From assembly GCA_023430885.1 (NCBI GenBank), contig JAEYYH010000023.1, positions 48,577 to 112,576 of the forward strand: a stretch of DNA of 64,000 bases. Direction: 5' to 3'. Shown here one piece after another: positions 29,154 to 37,905 of the stretch. The position numbers and the translations under genes were made by a program. How positions within the stretch are numbered: the stretch's first letter is position 1; each line of letters opens with the position of its first letter. Source of the DNA: Bacillota bacterium (GTDB lineage Bacteria; Bacillota_I; Bacilli_A; RF39; UBA660). Under the pieces are notes generated by a model. That model was not told the origin of the DNA and did not search any database. It saw only the letters and a program-made list of their open reading frames with translations.

Positions 29154-30767
29154 TTTTGCCATTCTTTCCATAATAACTGGAATAACTTGTTTCTTTCTAG
29201 AAACTATACCATCTAAGTATTTGCCTTGTTTTAAGTCTTTTCCAAAGCACTCATCTAGTATATCAAATGCATTATTGTTATAGTAAATATATGATCCATT
29301 TGTTAATATATCAGTTACAAATAATGCAACAATATAATAACCATTATTTTTAGATAAATTATTTATCAACTCTATGTATTTTTCAGAATTATTTCTTATA
29401 TCATTTGAAGAAACAGTAGATATCTGGCTAATTCCAATCTTCATTCCATCAATATCAAAGTTTTTAAAATCTGTATAGAAGATTTGCTCTTCTGTCTTAT
29501 TTTTTAGAGTAGAACCAGCTTTAAACATTTCCATACCAAATTCTTTATAATCTAAACCGGAAATTTTAGCTAATTCCTCAACAACAGTTTTATCTATGTC
29601 AGTTGTCGTCGGACTTGCAAATAATAAAGTATCAGAAATAATGCCTGACATCATTAACCCGGCAATATGTTTGGGTATTTCAATACCATTTTCTTTGTAA
29701 AGCATGTATATTATTGTATTAGTACTGCCTACAGGCATGTTTCTAAAATTAATAGGTGCAGTAGTACCAATTGTTCCAATTTTGTGATGATCGACGATTT
29801 CGACAATCTCAGCTTCGTCTAACCCGTCTACACTTTGCTCATATTCATTGTGATCTACAAGAATAACTTTTTTCTTGTTTTTATCAGCAATATCGGCAAG
29901 TTTTAATAATCCGTGACATTTATTATCTTTGTCAATTACTGGAAAATTACTAAATTTGGTTTTATTTGCTATTGCAATAAAATCATTTACCTCGTCATTT
30001 TCATCAAAACAAACTATATCATCTTTATGCACTAATGTATTAATATCTTTACTTAGTGAAATTAATTTTGCAGAATTAAATGTATTTAAACTTGTTTTTA
30101 TAATATTTACTTTATTCTTTTTAGCAATTTCGACATGTTCATCATGGATTTTGCTGCCGCCTGTTAATATAATCAATTTTGCTTTACTATTAACTGCATA
30201 TTCAATAATACTATGTCTATCGCCAACAATTAATATTGTTTCAGAATCGATTTTAATATTTTGAATAAATGTTGTGCTTCGGTAAGAAGCTACAAGAATA
30301 TTACCAATAATAACATCATCAAATTTAAGTAATTGTTCACCTTCAATAGTGCTAATTATATTTTGATAACTTGCATTTATATATTCGTTATCTCCACATA
30401 TCATGTCCTTAGCTATATCTTTCATAGAAACTTCACCTAAGAAAGTCTTATCATTATCAATAACGGGAATGTTACTTATTAGATTGTTATTCATATAGTT
30501 AAAGCTTTCATATATTGAAGTACTTTTATTTATAAAATTTGTTTTGTTATACTTTAAATCTTTAATCTGTAACTTAACATCATTTAAATATTTTGGTTTT
30601 TCAATTTTAAAATAATCTAAAACAAATTTTGTTTCATTATTTACGTCGCCTAAAACCATAGGAACAGTATCATATCCTAACTTATTTTTTAAATATGATA
30701 GATTAATTGCAGCTGTAACACTGTCGGTATCAGGCTTTTTATGTCCTATAACAAAAGTTTTATTCAT
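29151..30767 (-). CDS. ppaC: family II (DHH) manganese-dependent inorganic pyrophosphatase with CBS/DRTGG insertion
   Basis: 538 aa with DHH motifs GHKKPDTDSV, DHNE, DHHK and SDTLLF, split by a ~250-aa CBS-pair region. Confidence 0.88.
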   Translation of the reverse strand: MNKTFVIGHKKPDTDSVTAAINLSYLKNKLGYDTVPMVLGDVNNETKFVLDYFKIEKPKYLNDVKLQIKDLKYNKTNFINKSTSIYESFNYMNNNLISNIPVIDNDKTFLGEVSMKDIAKDMICGDNEYINASYQNIISTIEGEQLLKFDDVIIGNILVASYRSTTFIQNIKIDSETILIVGDRHSIIEYAVNSKAKLIILTGGSKIHDEHVEIAKKNKVNIIKTSLNTFNSAKLISLSKDINTLVHKDDIVCFDENDEVNDFIAIANKTKFSNFPVIDKDNKCHGLLKLADIADKNKKKVILVDHNEYEQSVDGLDEAEIVEIVDHHKIGTIGTTAPINFRNMPVGSTNTIIYMLYKENGIEIPKHIAGLMMSGIISDTLLFASPTTTDIDKTVVEELAKISGLDYKEFGMEMFKAGSTLKNKTEEQIFYTDFKNFDIDGMKIGISQISTVSSNDIRNNSEKYIELINNLSKNNGYYIVALFVTDILTNGSYIYYNNNAFDILDECFGKDLKQGKYLDGIVSRKKQVIPVIMERMAK

Positions 30768-30875
30768 AATATCTCTTCCTTTTCACGTTATGTAATTATA
30801 TCATAAAATTTGATATTTAGTATATGTTTTTAGAACAAGAGAATACTAAAAATAAAAAAAACAAAATAATTCTTG

Positions 30876-30904
30876 TTGAACATGAATTATAAATATGCTA
30901 TAAT
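30876..30904 (+). promoter_or_regulatory. sigma-A promoter of the T-box/dut/metG unit
   Basis: TTGAAC (30876-30881), a 17-nt spacer, then an extended -10 TGcTATAAT (30896-30904). Confidence 0.65.
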
Positions 30905-30910
30905 ATGGTA

Positions 30911-31134
30911 TAAAAGTTTTGATGGAAAGAAAAATAAGATGATTTTTTAGAGAGTCTAGGTAGGTGCAAGCTAGATAAATTTGTTTTATTTCGAATGGTT
31001 CCTGAACTTCTTAATCGATATTTAGATTGAGACGTATATATGCGTTAAATAATGAGGTAATATGTTTTCATATTATGAATAAGGTGGTACCGCGTACAAA
31101 GATTACGCCCTTTTATAGGGATAATCTTTTTTTT
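30911..31134 (+). promoter_or_regulatory. T-box riboswitch leader, probable Met (AUG) specifier
   Basis: GA/K-turn elements tgatgg..cctgaa. AGAGA at 30949-30953 and distal-loop GGTGCAA at 30963-30969. Specifier-loop gaATGg has ATG at 30985-30987, followed by a purine and helix TTCC pairing with GGAA. T-box sequence aaGGTGGTACCGCG at 31081-31094. Terminator aagatta..taatctt (31099-31128) plus a T-run. Confidence 0.82.
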
Positions 31135-31152
31135 ATAGAAAAAGGTGATAAT

Positions 31153-31638
31153 ATGCGTAGATTTGAAAAAATAAGTTTTAAACAATTTAAAAAAGACATA
31201 ATTGATGATGAAATTTTGTATTCTTCATATAATATACCTAGAAGACACACTAAAAATAGTGCAGGTTATGATTTTGAAGCCATAGAGACATATACTATTA
31301 AGCCTATGGATATAATAAAAGTGCCTACTGGGATTAAAGTCCAAATGAACGGTGATGAAATGCTTATGATTGTAGTTAGAAGCAGTATGGGGTTTAAATA
31401 CAATTTACGAATGTGTAATCAAGTTGGAATAATAGAAAGTGATTATTATAATAATGAGTCGAATGAAGGACATATGTGGATAGCATTACAAAATGAGGGA
31501 AAAGAAACCCTTGTTATAGAAAAAGGCGATAGATTTGCTCAAGGAATTTTTGTTAAATTTTTAAAAGTAGATAATGAAGAAGAAATAGAAGATAAGAGAA
31601 AAGGCGGTCTTGGTAGTACTGCAAAGGAGGAAGATTAA
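31153..31638 (+). CDS. dut: dUTP diphosphatase (streptococcal-type trimeric dUTPase)
   Basis: The start at ATG 31153 has SD aaaggtga; the ORF-track start 31027 would run through the T-box. dUTPase motifs SAGYDF, VRSSMG, VGIIESDYYNNESNEGH, GDRFAQ and RKGGLGST. Confidence 0.85.
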   Translation: MRRFEKISFKQFKKDIIDDEILYSSYNIPRRHTKNSAGYDFEAIETYTIKPMDIIKVPTGIKVQMNGDEMLMIVVRSSMGFKYNLRMCNQVGIIESDYYNNESNEGHMWIALQNEGKETLVIEKGDRFAQGIFVKFLKVDNEEEIEDKRKGGLGSTAKEED

Positions 31639-31639
31639 T

Positions 31640-33184
31640 ATGAAAGAAAAAAAGAATTTTTATATATCAACAGCAATAGCATACGCTTCCGCAAAACCAC
31701 ATATTGGTAATACGTATGAGATAGTTTTAGCTGATGCTATAGCTCGTTATAAAAGATTAAATGGTTACAATGTTTACTTTCAAACTGGTACAGATGAGCA
31801 TGGACAAAAAATTGAAGATAAAGCTCGTGCTGCTGGAAAAGAACCACAAAGATATGTGGATGATGTAGCCGATGTTGTAAAAAATATTTGGGATATTATG
31901 AATACAAGTTACGATAAATTTGTAAGAACGACAGATCCAGAACACGAAAGAATTGTTGCTAGAATTTTCGAAAGATTGTATGAACAAGGCGATATATATA
32001 AGGGAAAATATGAGGGATTGTATTGTACACCTTGTGAATCATTTTTCACTGAGTCACAGTTAATAGATGGAAAATGTCCAGATTGTGGTAGAGATGTTAC
32101 TGAAGCAAGCGAAGAAGCTTATTTCCTTAAGTTGGATAAATACGCAAAAAGATTAGAACAATATATAGAAGAGCATCCAGAATTTATAGAACCAGTAAGT
32201 AGAAAAAATGAAATAGTAAATAATTTTATTAAACCTGGTTTACAAGATTTATGTGTATCAAGAACATCTTTTAAATGGGGAATTCCTGTTAATTTTGATT
32301 CAAAACATGTAATATATGTTTGGATTGATGCTTTAAGTAATTACATCACTTTTTTAGGATATGATTTAGATAATCAAAGTGAACAGTTTAAAAACTTTTG
32401 GCCTGCTGATATTCACTTAATTGGTAAGGATATACTAAGATTTCATACAATATACTGGCCAATTATGTTAATGGCTTTAGAGTTACCTCTTCCAAAGAAA
32501 ATATTTGGACATCCATGGTTATTATTTGGTGAAGATAAGATGAGTAAATCAAAAGGAAATATAGTATATGCGGATGACTTAGTTAAATATTTTAGTGTCG
32601 ACGCTGTTAGATATTATTTGCTACATGAAATGCCTTTTTCAAGTGATGGAACTTTCACTTATGATTTATTGATAGATAGGATAAATTCTGATTTAGCAAA
32701 TATACTTGGTAATTTAGTTAATAGAACTATTTCGATGGCTAATAAGTATTTTGAAGGCAATGTTGAAGATAAAAAAATCGAGACTCAGTTAGATATAGCG
32801 TATAAGACTAATTTTAAACAAGCTCCTATCAATATAGAGGAAAAAATAGATAATGTTAGAGTTTCAGACGCATTAGAAATTATAATTGAATTGTTTAGAT
32901 CATCAAATAAGTATATTGATGATACTACTCCTTGGAATTTGGCGAAAGAAGATTCCGAAAAAGAAAGATTAGAAACTGTCATATATAATTTACTTGAAGG
33001 TATAAGAAAAGCTGCAATTTTATTACAAGCCTTCTTACCTGATACGGCTGAAGAAATATTTAGACAGTTGAACACAGAAAATAAGGATTATGAAAATGTT
33101 GTAGAAAAATATCACACAAATAGTCCTAGCCCTTTGTTTGAAAGAATAGATAAAACCAAAAAAATGGAAGAAATTCACAATTAA
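31640..33184 (+). CDS. metG: methionine--tRNA ligase (short form)
   Basis: The start at ATG 31640 has SD aaaggagg. HIGN class I motif (AKPHIGN), zinc knuckles CTPCESF..CPDCG, and KMSKS. Confidence 0.96.
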   Translation: MKEKKNFYISTAIAYASAKPHIGNTYEIVLADAIARYKRLNGYNVYFQTGTDEHGQKIEDKARAAGKEPQRYVDDVADVVKNIWDIMNTSYDKFVRTTDPEHERIVARIFERLYEQGDIYKGKYEGLYCTPCESFFTESQLIDGKCPDCGRDVTEASEEAYFLKLDKYAKRLEQYIEEHPEFIEPVSRKNEIVNNFIKPGLQDLCVSRTSFKWGIPVNFDSKHVIYVWIDALSNYITFLGYDLDNQSEQFKNFWPADIHLIGKDILRFHTIYWPIMLMALELPLPKKIFGHPWLLFGEDKMSKSKGNIVYADDLVKYFSVDAVRYYLLHEMPFSSDGTFTYDLLIDRINSDLANILGNLVNRTISMANKYFEGNVEDKKIETQLDIAYKTNFKQAPINIEEKIDNVRVSDALEIIIELFRSSNKYIDDTTPWNLAKEDSEKERLETVIYNLLEGIRKAAILLQAFLPDTAEEIFRQLNTENKDYENVVEKYHTNSPSPLFERIDKTKKMEEIHN

Positions 33185-33210
33185 TTGTAAATTGTTGTAA
33201 AATGTCATTA

Positions 33211-33241
33211 AAAAAGCAAAGAAAGTGTTTGCTTTTTTTTG
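33211..33241 (+). terminator. rho-independent terminator after metG
   Basis: agcaaa / tttgct stem (33215-33220 / 33228-33233) followed by a T-run of 8. Confidence 0.7.
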
Positions 33242-33296
33242 TGTTTAAATGTTATATTTATACTGTCGTGTTATATAGATAGGTTAGGGAATAAAA

Positions 33297-33466
33297 TGTT
33301 TAAAAAATTTAAGGGTAAAAGAATAGGCAACCTCATTTTTGTGTTTTTATTTTTGATAGTTATTTTAAGTTTAAGATTAATATATTCTTTTAATATATTA
33401 ACTTTATTCTATTTCTTAGTTGTAGTTTATTACATGATTCAATATATTATCTTGAAGTTATCATAA
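33297..33466 (+). CDS. hypothetical small two-TM membrane protein
   Basis: 56-aa ORF MFKKFKGKRIGNLIFVFLFLIVIL... It has only a weak SD and may not be a real gene. Confidence 0.25.
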
Positions 33467-33506
33467 TTATACCTTTTGTGGTATAATTTTTTTTGGAGGA
33501 ATATGT

Positions 33507-34262
33507 ATGATGATAGATACTCATTGTCATTTAGATATAAATGATTATGATAATGTTGATAAGATTATTGACAATATGAACGGAAATATTATGATTGCAA
33601 GTGGTTGTAATATGCAAACAAATAAAAGAGTTATCGAATTAGTTAATAAATATAATAATATATATGGGACAATTGGCATTCATCCTGAAGAAATATCTAG
33701 TACGGTTGAGGAAGATTTAGATTTTATAAAAAGTAACTTAAATAATCCGAAAATAGTAGGTGTTGGGGAAATAGGTTTAGATTATTATTGGAATAAAAAC
33801 AATAAGGAGCAACAGGTAGAGGTATTTATAAAACAAATAGAAATAGCAAAGCAATATAATAAGCCTATTGTAATTCATAGTCGTGAAGCTACAGAAGAAA
33901 CATATAATATATTGAGAGATAATTTAGGCTCTCTTAAAGCTACTTTACATTGTTATAGTTCAACACTTGATATGGCGAAAAGATTTCTTAAACTAGGAGT
34001 TAACTTCGGAATTGGAGGAGTATTAACATTTAAAAACTCTTCAAAATTACAGGAAGTGGTAAAGGGACTTGATTTGAAACATTTTATGCTTGAAACGGAT
34101 AGTCCATACTTAACTCCAGAACCATATAGAGGGCAAAAAAATGAACCACATAATGTTATTTTTGTAGCAAAAAAAATAGCAGAAATTAAGAATGTATCAT
34201 TAGAAAAAGTTCTTGAAATAACAACTCAAAATGCCATTAATCAATTTGACTTGAAACTATAG
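33507..34262 (+). CDS. tatD: TatD-family metal-dependent hydrolase (YabD)
   Basis: 251 aa with DTHCHL, the HPE, HSR and H..C motifs, and ETDSPYL. Follows the metG-tatD order as in Bacillus. Confidence 0.93.
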   Translation: MMIDTHCHLDINDYDNVDKIIDNMNGNIMIASGCNMQTNKRVIELVNKYNNIYGTIGIHPEEISSTVEEDLDFIKSNLNNPKIVGVGEIGLDYYWNKNNKEQQVEVFIKQIEIAKQYNKPIVIHSREATEETYNILRDNLGSLKATLHCYSSTLDMAKRFLKLGVNFGIGGVLTFKNSSKLQEVVKGLDLKHFMLETDSPYLTPEPYRGQKNEPHNVIFVAKKIAEIKNVSLEKVLEITTQNAINQFDLKL

Positions 34263-34309
34263 TTATGTTACAATTTATATATGTATAATGCAGTTTTTTG
34301 AGGTGACTT

Positions 34310-35011
34310 ATGAATATAACTTTCTTAAAAATTATAGTAAGATATGCTAGCTTATTAATTGTTTCAGTATCATCTCTATTCGGTACTGTAAAAATAGAAA
34401 AAGAAACTATTGGAATTAATAATGCGGATATGATTAAAAGTTCAAGCATAGTTAATACAGTAATCGAATATGAAACAATTACAACATACAATTCTAAAGT
34501 ACCTAGCGGAATAACTAACGTTATTACCAAAGGCCAGAATGGAATTGTATATTTAGATGGACTAGGAAATACATTTAAAACTTTACAAGAAAAAATAGAC
34601 GAAGTAGTAGAAGTTGGTATTGGGAAATATGGTGAATATGTTGGAACAATTACAGGATATGGTCCAGACTGTGCTACTTGTGATGGTCGTGGGTACGTAG
34701 CTTGTCCTACAAACATTGGTAAGTATATTAGTCTAACAACAGATGGTATATATTATCAAGATGAAGATTTTGGAAATATTAGAATTTTAGCCGCAGATCA
34801 AAGAGAATTTCCGTGTGGAACAATAATTCAAATAAATAATGCTGATTTAACTGAACCTATCATAGGTATAGTATTAGATACAGGTTACGCTATGAGAAGT
34901 GCTTATGATCAAGGTTATATTAGTATTGATTTGGCATTTGAAACTGAAGTTGGAATAGAGTTTGAAACTAATAAAAATACAAATTTTAGTGTAAAAAGAT
35001 GGGGATGGTAA
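34310..35011 (+). CDS. membrane-anchored G5 + 3D-domain cell-wall protein (YabE-like)
   Basis: 233 aa with an N-terminal TM. G5-like segment (VIEYETITTYNSKVPSGITNVITKGQNGIV). C-terminal 3D/double-psi-barrel-like segment (GTIIQI..GIVLDTGYAM..IDLAF). The position matches Bacillus yabE. Confidence 0.6.
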   Translation: MNITFLKIIVRYASLLIVSVSSLFGTVKIEKETIGINNADMIKSSSIVNTVIEYETITTYNSKVPSGITNVITKGQNGIVYLDGLGNTFKTLQEKIDEVVEVGIGKYGEYVGTITGYGPDCATCDGRGYVACPTNIGKYISLTTDGIYYQDEDFGNIRILAADQREFPCGTIIQINNADLTEPIIGIVLDTGYAMRSAYDQGYISIDLAFETEVGIEFETNKNTNFSVKRWGW

Positions 35012-35073
35012 AAAATCCCTTTTTTATTGCTTATATTTTTATTTTTAGGTATAATTGAAAAGGAAGTGATTAT

Positions 35074-35904
35074 ATGGAATATTCGCCAAAAAAGATGCAA
35101 GAAATGTTGTCAAACAAAGACTTTAACTTAAAAAAGAAGTTTGGTCAAAATTTTATAATAGATGAAAATATAATAAAAAATATAATTAATAAGTCAGAAA
35201 TTGATAAAGAGACATTAATTATAGAAATAGGTCCAGGTGCAGGTTCATTGACTTATGGTCTTGCCAAGTTTGCAAAAAATGTTGTTTGTTATGAAATAGA
35301 TACAACTTTAGAGGAAATTTTACAGGAGAATTTAAGTGAATTTAATAATGTAGATATTTTTTATAAAGATTTTTTACAAGCTAATCTTAAAGAAGATTTA
35401 AATAAATATGATTATAAAAAACTTTATGTTGTAGCAAATCTGCCTTACTATATTACTACGCCTATAATTATGAAGCTAATAGAAGATAAGATAGATGTAG
35501 ATAAAATAGTTGTAATGGTACAAAAAGAAGTTGGAGATAGATTTAAAGCGGTTCCTGGCAGTAAAGATTACAGCTCATTATCTATCTTTCTAAAATATTA
35601 CTTTGAAATAACTAAATTAATGGACGTAAGTAAAAATGTTTTTTTACCAAAACCTAATGTTGATAGTATAGTTGTATCCTTTACAAAGCAAAAGAGTAAA
35701 ATTCTTGTTAAGAACGAAGAACTTTTCTTTAAATTAGTTAGGGATAGCTTCAAACAAAAAAGAAAGACATTGCGTAATAATCTAAAAGATTATAATTTAG
35801 ATATTATAGCTAATATATTAGAAAAATATAATCTTAATTTAACTGTAAGAGCTGAGCAAATATCAATAGAAATTTTTGCTGATATTGCAAATAATTTGGG
35901 GTAA
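35074..35904 (+). CDS. rsmA: 16S rRNA (adenine1518/1519-N6)-dimethyltransferase
   Basis: 276 aa with KKKFGQNFI, EIGPGAGSLT and NLPYYITTPI. Confidence 0.96.
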   Translation: MEYSPKKMQEMLSNKDFNLKKKFGQNFIIDENIIKNIINKSEIDKETLIIEIGPGAGSLTYGLAKFAKNVVCYEIDTTLEEILQENLSEFNNVDIFYKDFLQANLKEDLNKYDYKKLYVVANLPYYITTPIIMKLIEDKIDVDKIVVMVQKEVGDRFKAVPGSKDYSSLSIFLKYYFEITKLMDVSKNVFLPKPNVDSIVVSFTKQKSKILVKNEELFFKLVRDSFKQKRKTLRNNLKDYNLDIIANILEKYNLNLTVRAEQISIEIFADIANNLG

Positions 35905-35909
35905 TATAT

Positions 35910-36560
35910 ATGAAGAATACATTATGGTACGATATAATGTCTGAAGAATATAATAAGAAATATTTTATTGATTTGGAAAATTATATAATAGAAGAATATA
36001 AAAACAAGATAGTTTTTCCTGATTCCGAGAGCGTATTTAAGGCATTAAAATTAACTGATTATAATGATGTTAAGGTTGTGATATTAGGGCAAGATCCTTA
36101 TCATGGCATAGGAGAGGCACAGGGATTATCATTTTCTGTACCAAATGATATTCAAAGACCACCGTCACTACGTAATATATTTAAAGAGTTGAAATCTGAT
36201 CTCAATATAGAAAGAGAATCAAACGACTTAACTGATTGGGCTAATCAAGGAGTTTTGCTATTAAATTCTATATTAACAGTAGTAAAAGATAGTCCGTTGT
36301 CACATAAAGATAAGGGCTGGGAAATATTTACTGATGAGATAATAAGAAAATTAAATAACAGAAAAAAGCCAATAGTATTTATTTTGTGGGGAAACTATGC
36401 AAGAAGTAAAAAAAATCTTATTACTAATAAGAATCATTTTATTATAGAAAGCGCTCACCCTTCGCCATTGTCAGCAAGTAGGGGTTTTTTTGGAAGTAAA
36501 CCTTTTTCTAAAGCAAATGACTTTTTAGAAAAAAATAATATAGAGAAAGTAAGGTGGTAA
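35910..36560 (+). CDS. ung: uracil-DNA glycosylase
   Basis: 216 aa with GQDPYHG, the water-activating loop, and HPSPLSA. Confidence 0.96.
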   Translation: MKNTLWYDIMSEEYNKKYFIDLENYIIEEYKNKIVFPDSESVFKALKLTDYNDVKVVILGQDPYHGIGEAQGLSFSVPNDIQRPPSLRNIFKELKSDLNIERESNDLTDWANQGVLLLNSILTVVKDSPLSHKDKGWEIFTDEIIRKLNNRKKPIVFILWGNYARSKKNLITNKNHFIIESAHPSPLSASRGFFGSKPFSKANDFLEKNNIEKVRW

Positions 36561-36561
36561 T

Positions 36562-37890
36562 ATGGAAGAATCATATGACTATTTAATGAATGAATTAAAA
36601 ATAAAGTACGGTGATACTGTTGTGGCTGGAGTATCTGGCGGTCCAGATTCGATGGCTTTATTATCTTTACTAATTCAAGTAAAGAAAGCACTCGATATTG
36701 AAATAGTTTGTGCTCATGTAAATCATAATACCGGAAGACCAGGACAGTTTGAAGAACAAAAATTTGTTGAAAAGTATTGTAGAAATCACAATGTCACATT
36801 TGAAACTATGACTATCGAAGATTATGGAGATGATAATTTTCATAATGAAGCACATACTAAGAGATATAATTATTTCAGTGGACTTATAAAGAAATACAAT
36901 GCCAAATACTTGTTTACTGCACATCATGGTGACGATTTAATTGAAACTATATTAATGCGTATTGTAAGGGGATCAACATTAAGAGGATATAGTGGATTCT
37001 CAAAAGTGATTGACAAAGGTTCATATAAAATAGTAAGACCTCTTATGAACTTAACTAAAGAAGAAATTCTTGCATATGATAAAAAAAATAAAATCCCATA
37101 CGCACTTGATAGTTCAAATCAAAAAGATGTTTATACTCGTAATAGATTCAGAAAATACATAGTTCCTGAATTCAAAAAAGAAGATCCTAATGTTCATAAC
37201 AAATTTTATAAATTTAGCAAAACTTTATTAGAATATAACGAATATATAGATAAAGAAGTAGCCAAGAAAATTAAATCTATATATGTAAATGAAGTATTAA
37301 ATATAGAAAAATTTGTTGAAGAGGACAAGGTTATTCAGATGAAAATAATATATTATATATTAGAGCACATCTATCAAGATGATTTAATGCTAGTTACTGA
37401 TAGACATGCTGAAATTTTATGTGAGGTTATTAATTCTAAAAGAGCCAACGTAAAAGTTCATTTACCTAATAATATTCAGGCGATAAAATCTTATAATACT
37501 TTAGTTTTAGCAAATTTAGAACAAAAAACCAACGAATATGAAATTGAAATTATTAAATTCATTAATCTGCCAAATGGCAAGAATATTGAAGTTGTTGATA
37601 AAAGTGATGATACTGATAACTATATCTGTCGTTTAAGCAAAGAAGATGTTGTTTTTCCTCTTCATGTTAGAACTAGAAAAGACGGCGATAAAATGGCTGT
37701 AAAAGGGATGATAGGCAATAAGAAAATAAATGATATTTTTATTAATGAAAAAATATCTACAAAAGATAGAGATTTATGGCCTGTTGTGGTAGATAATGAA
37801 GAGAACATTGTTTGGTTACCAGGTCTTAAAAAAAGCAAATTTGATAAGCAAAAAAATGAAAACTATGATATAATACTAAAGTATTATTAA
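36562..37890 (+). CDS. tilS: tRNA(Ile)-lysidine synthase
   Basis: 442 aa with PP-loop VSGGPDSMAL and the C-terminal TilS substrate domain (WPVV..VWLPG). Confidence 0.94.
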   Translation: MEESYDYLMNELKIKYGDTVVAGVSGGPDSMALLSLLIQVKKALDIEIVCAHVNHNTGRPGQFEEQKFVEKYCRNHNVTFETMTIEDYGDDNFHNEAHTKRYNYFSGLIKKYNAKYLFTAHHGDDLIETILMRIVRGSTLRGYSGFSKVIDKGSYKIVRPLMNLTKEEILAYDKKNKIPYALDSSNQKDVYTRNRFRKYIVPEFKKEDPNVHNKFYKFSKTLLEYNEYIDKEVAKKIKSIYVNEVLNIEKFVEEDKVIQMKIIYYILEHIYQDDLMLVTDRHAEILCEVINSKRANVKVHLPNNIQAIKSYNTLVLANLEQKTNEYEIEIIKFINLPNGKNIEVVDKSDDTDNYICRLSKEDVVFPLHVRTRKDGDKMAVKGMIGNKKINDIFINEKISTKDRDLWPVVVDNEENIVWLPGLKKSKFDKQKNENYDIILKYY

Positions 37891-37905
37891 GGAGGAATAA
37901 ATTTA

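Noticed and set aside
29151-30767. The pyrophosphatase gene, and gpsA at 46471-47448, are the only genes transcribed head-on to replication on the right arm. I considered whether they could be inserted islands.
   Set aside because: Both are ordinary housekeeping genes with native-looking composition and clean bidirectional terminators. They have no flanking repeats, integrases or tRNA targets.
31027-31152. N-terminal extension of the dut ORF in the track. Similar extensions occur for mfd (25825-25860), metG (31610-31639), rpoA (60361-60411), rsmI (24403-24420), comK-like (12025-12057) and rplX (53160-53174).
   Set aside because: The extensions run through a T-box riboswitch, through the upstream gene, or through the SD itself. 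Internal starts with proper SD spacing give N-termini that match the protein families.
34237-34716. 159-aa minus-strand ORF overlapping the tatD end and the G5/3D gene. A 190-aa ORF at 46601-47173 is antisense to gpsA, and a 135-aa ORF at 53015-53422 is antisense to rplN-rplX.
   Set aside because: They are long only because stop codons are rare on the antisense strand of these genes. Their composition is P/S/T/I-rich with no family resemblance, and the sense-strand genes are unambiguous.
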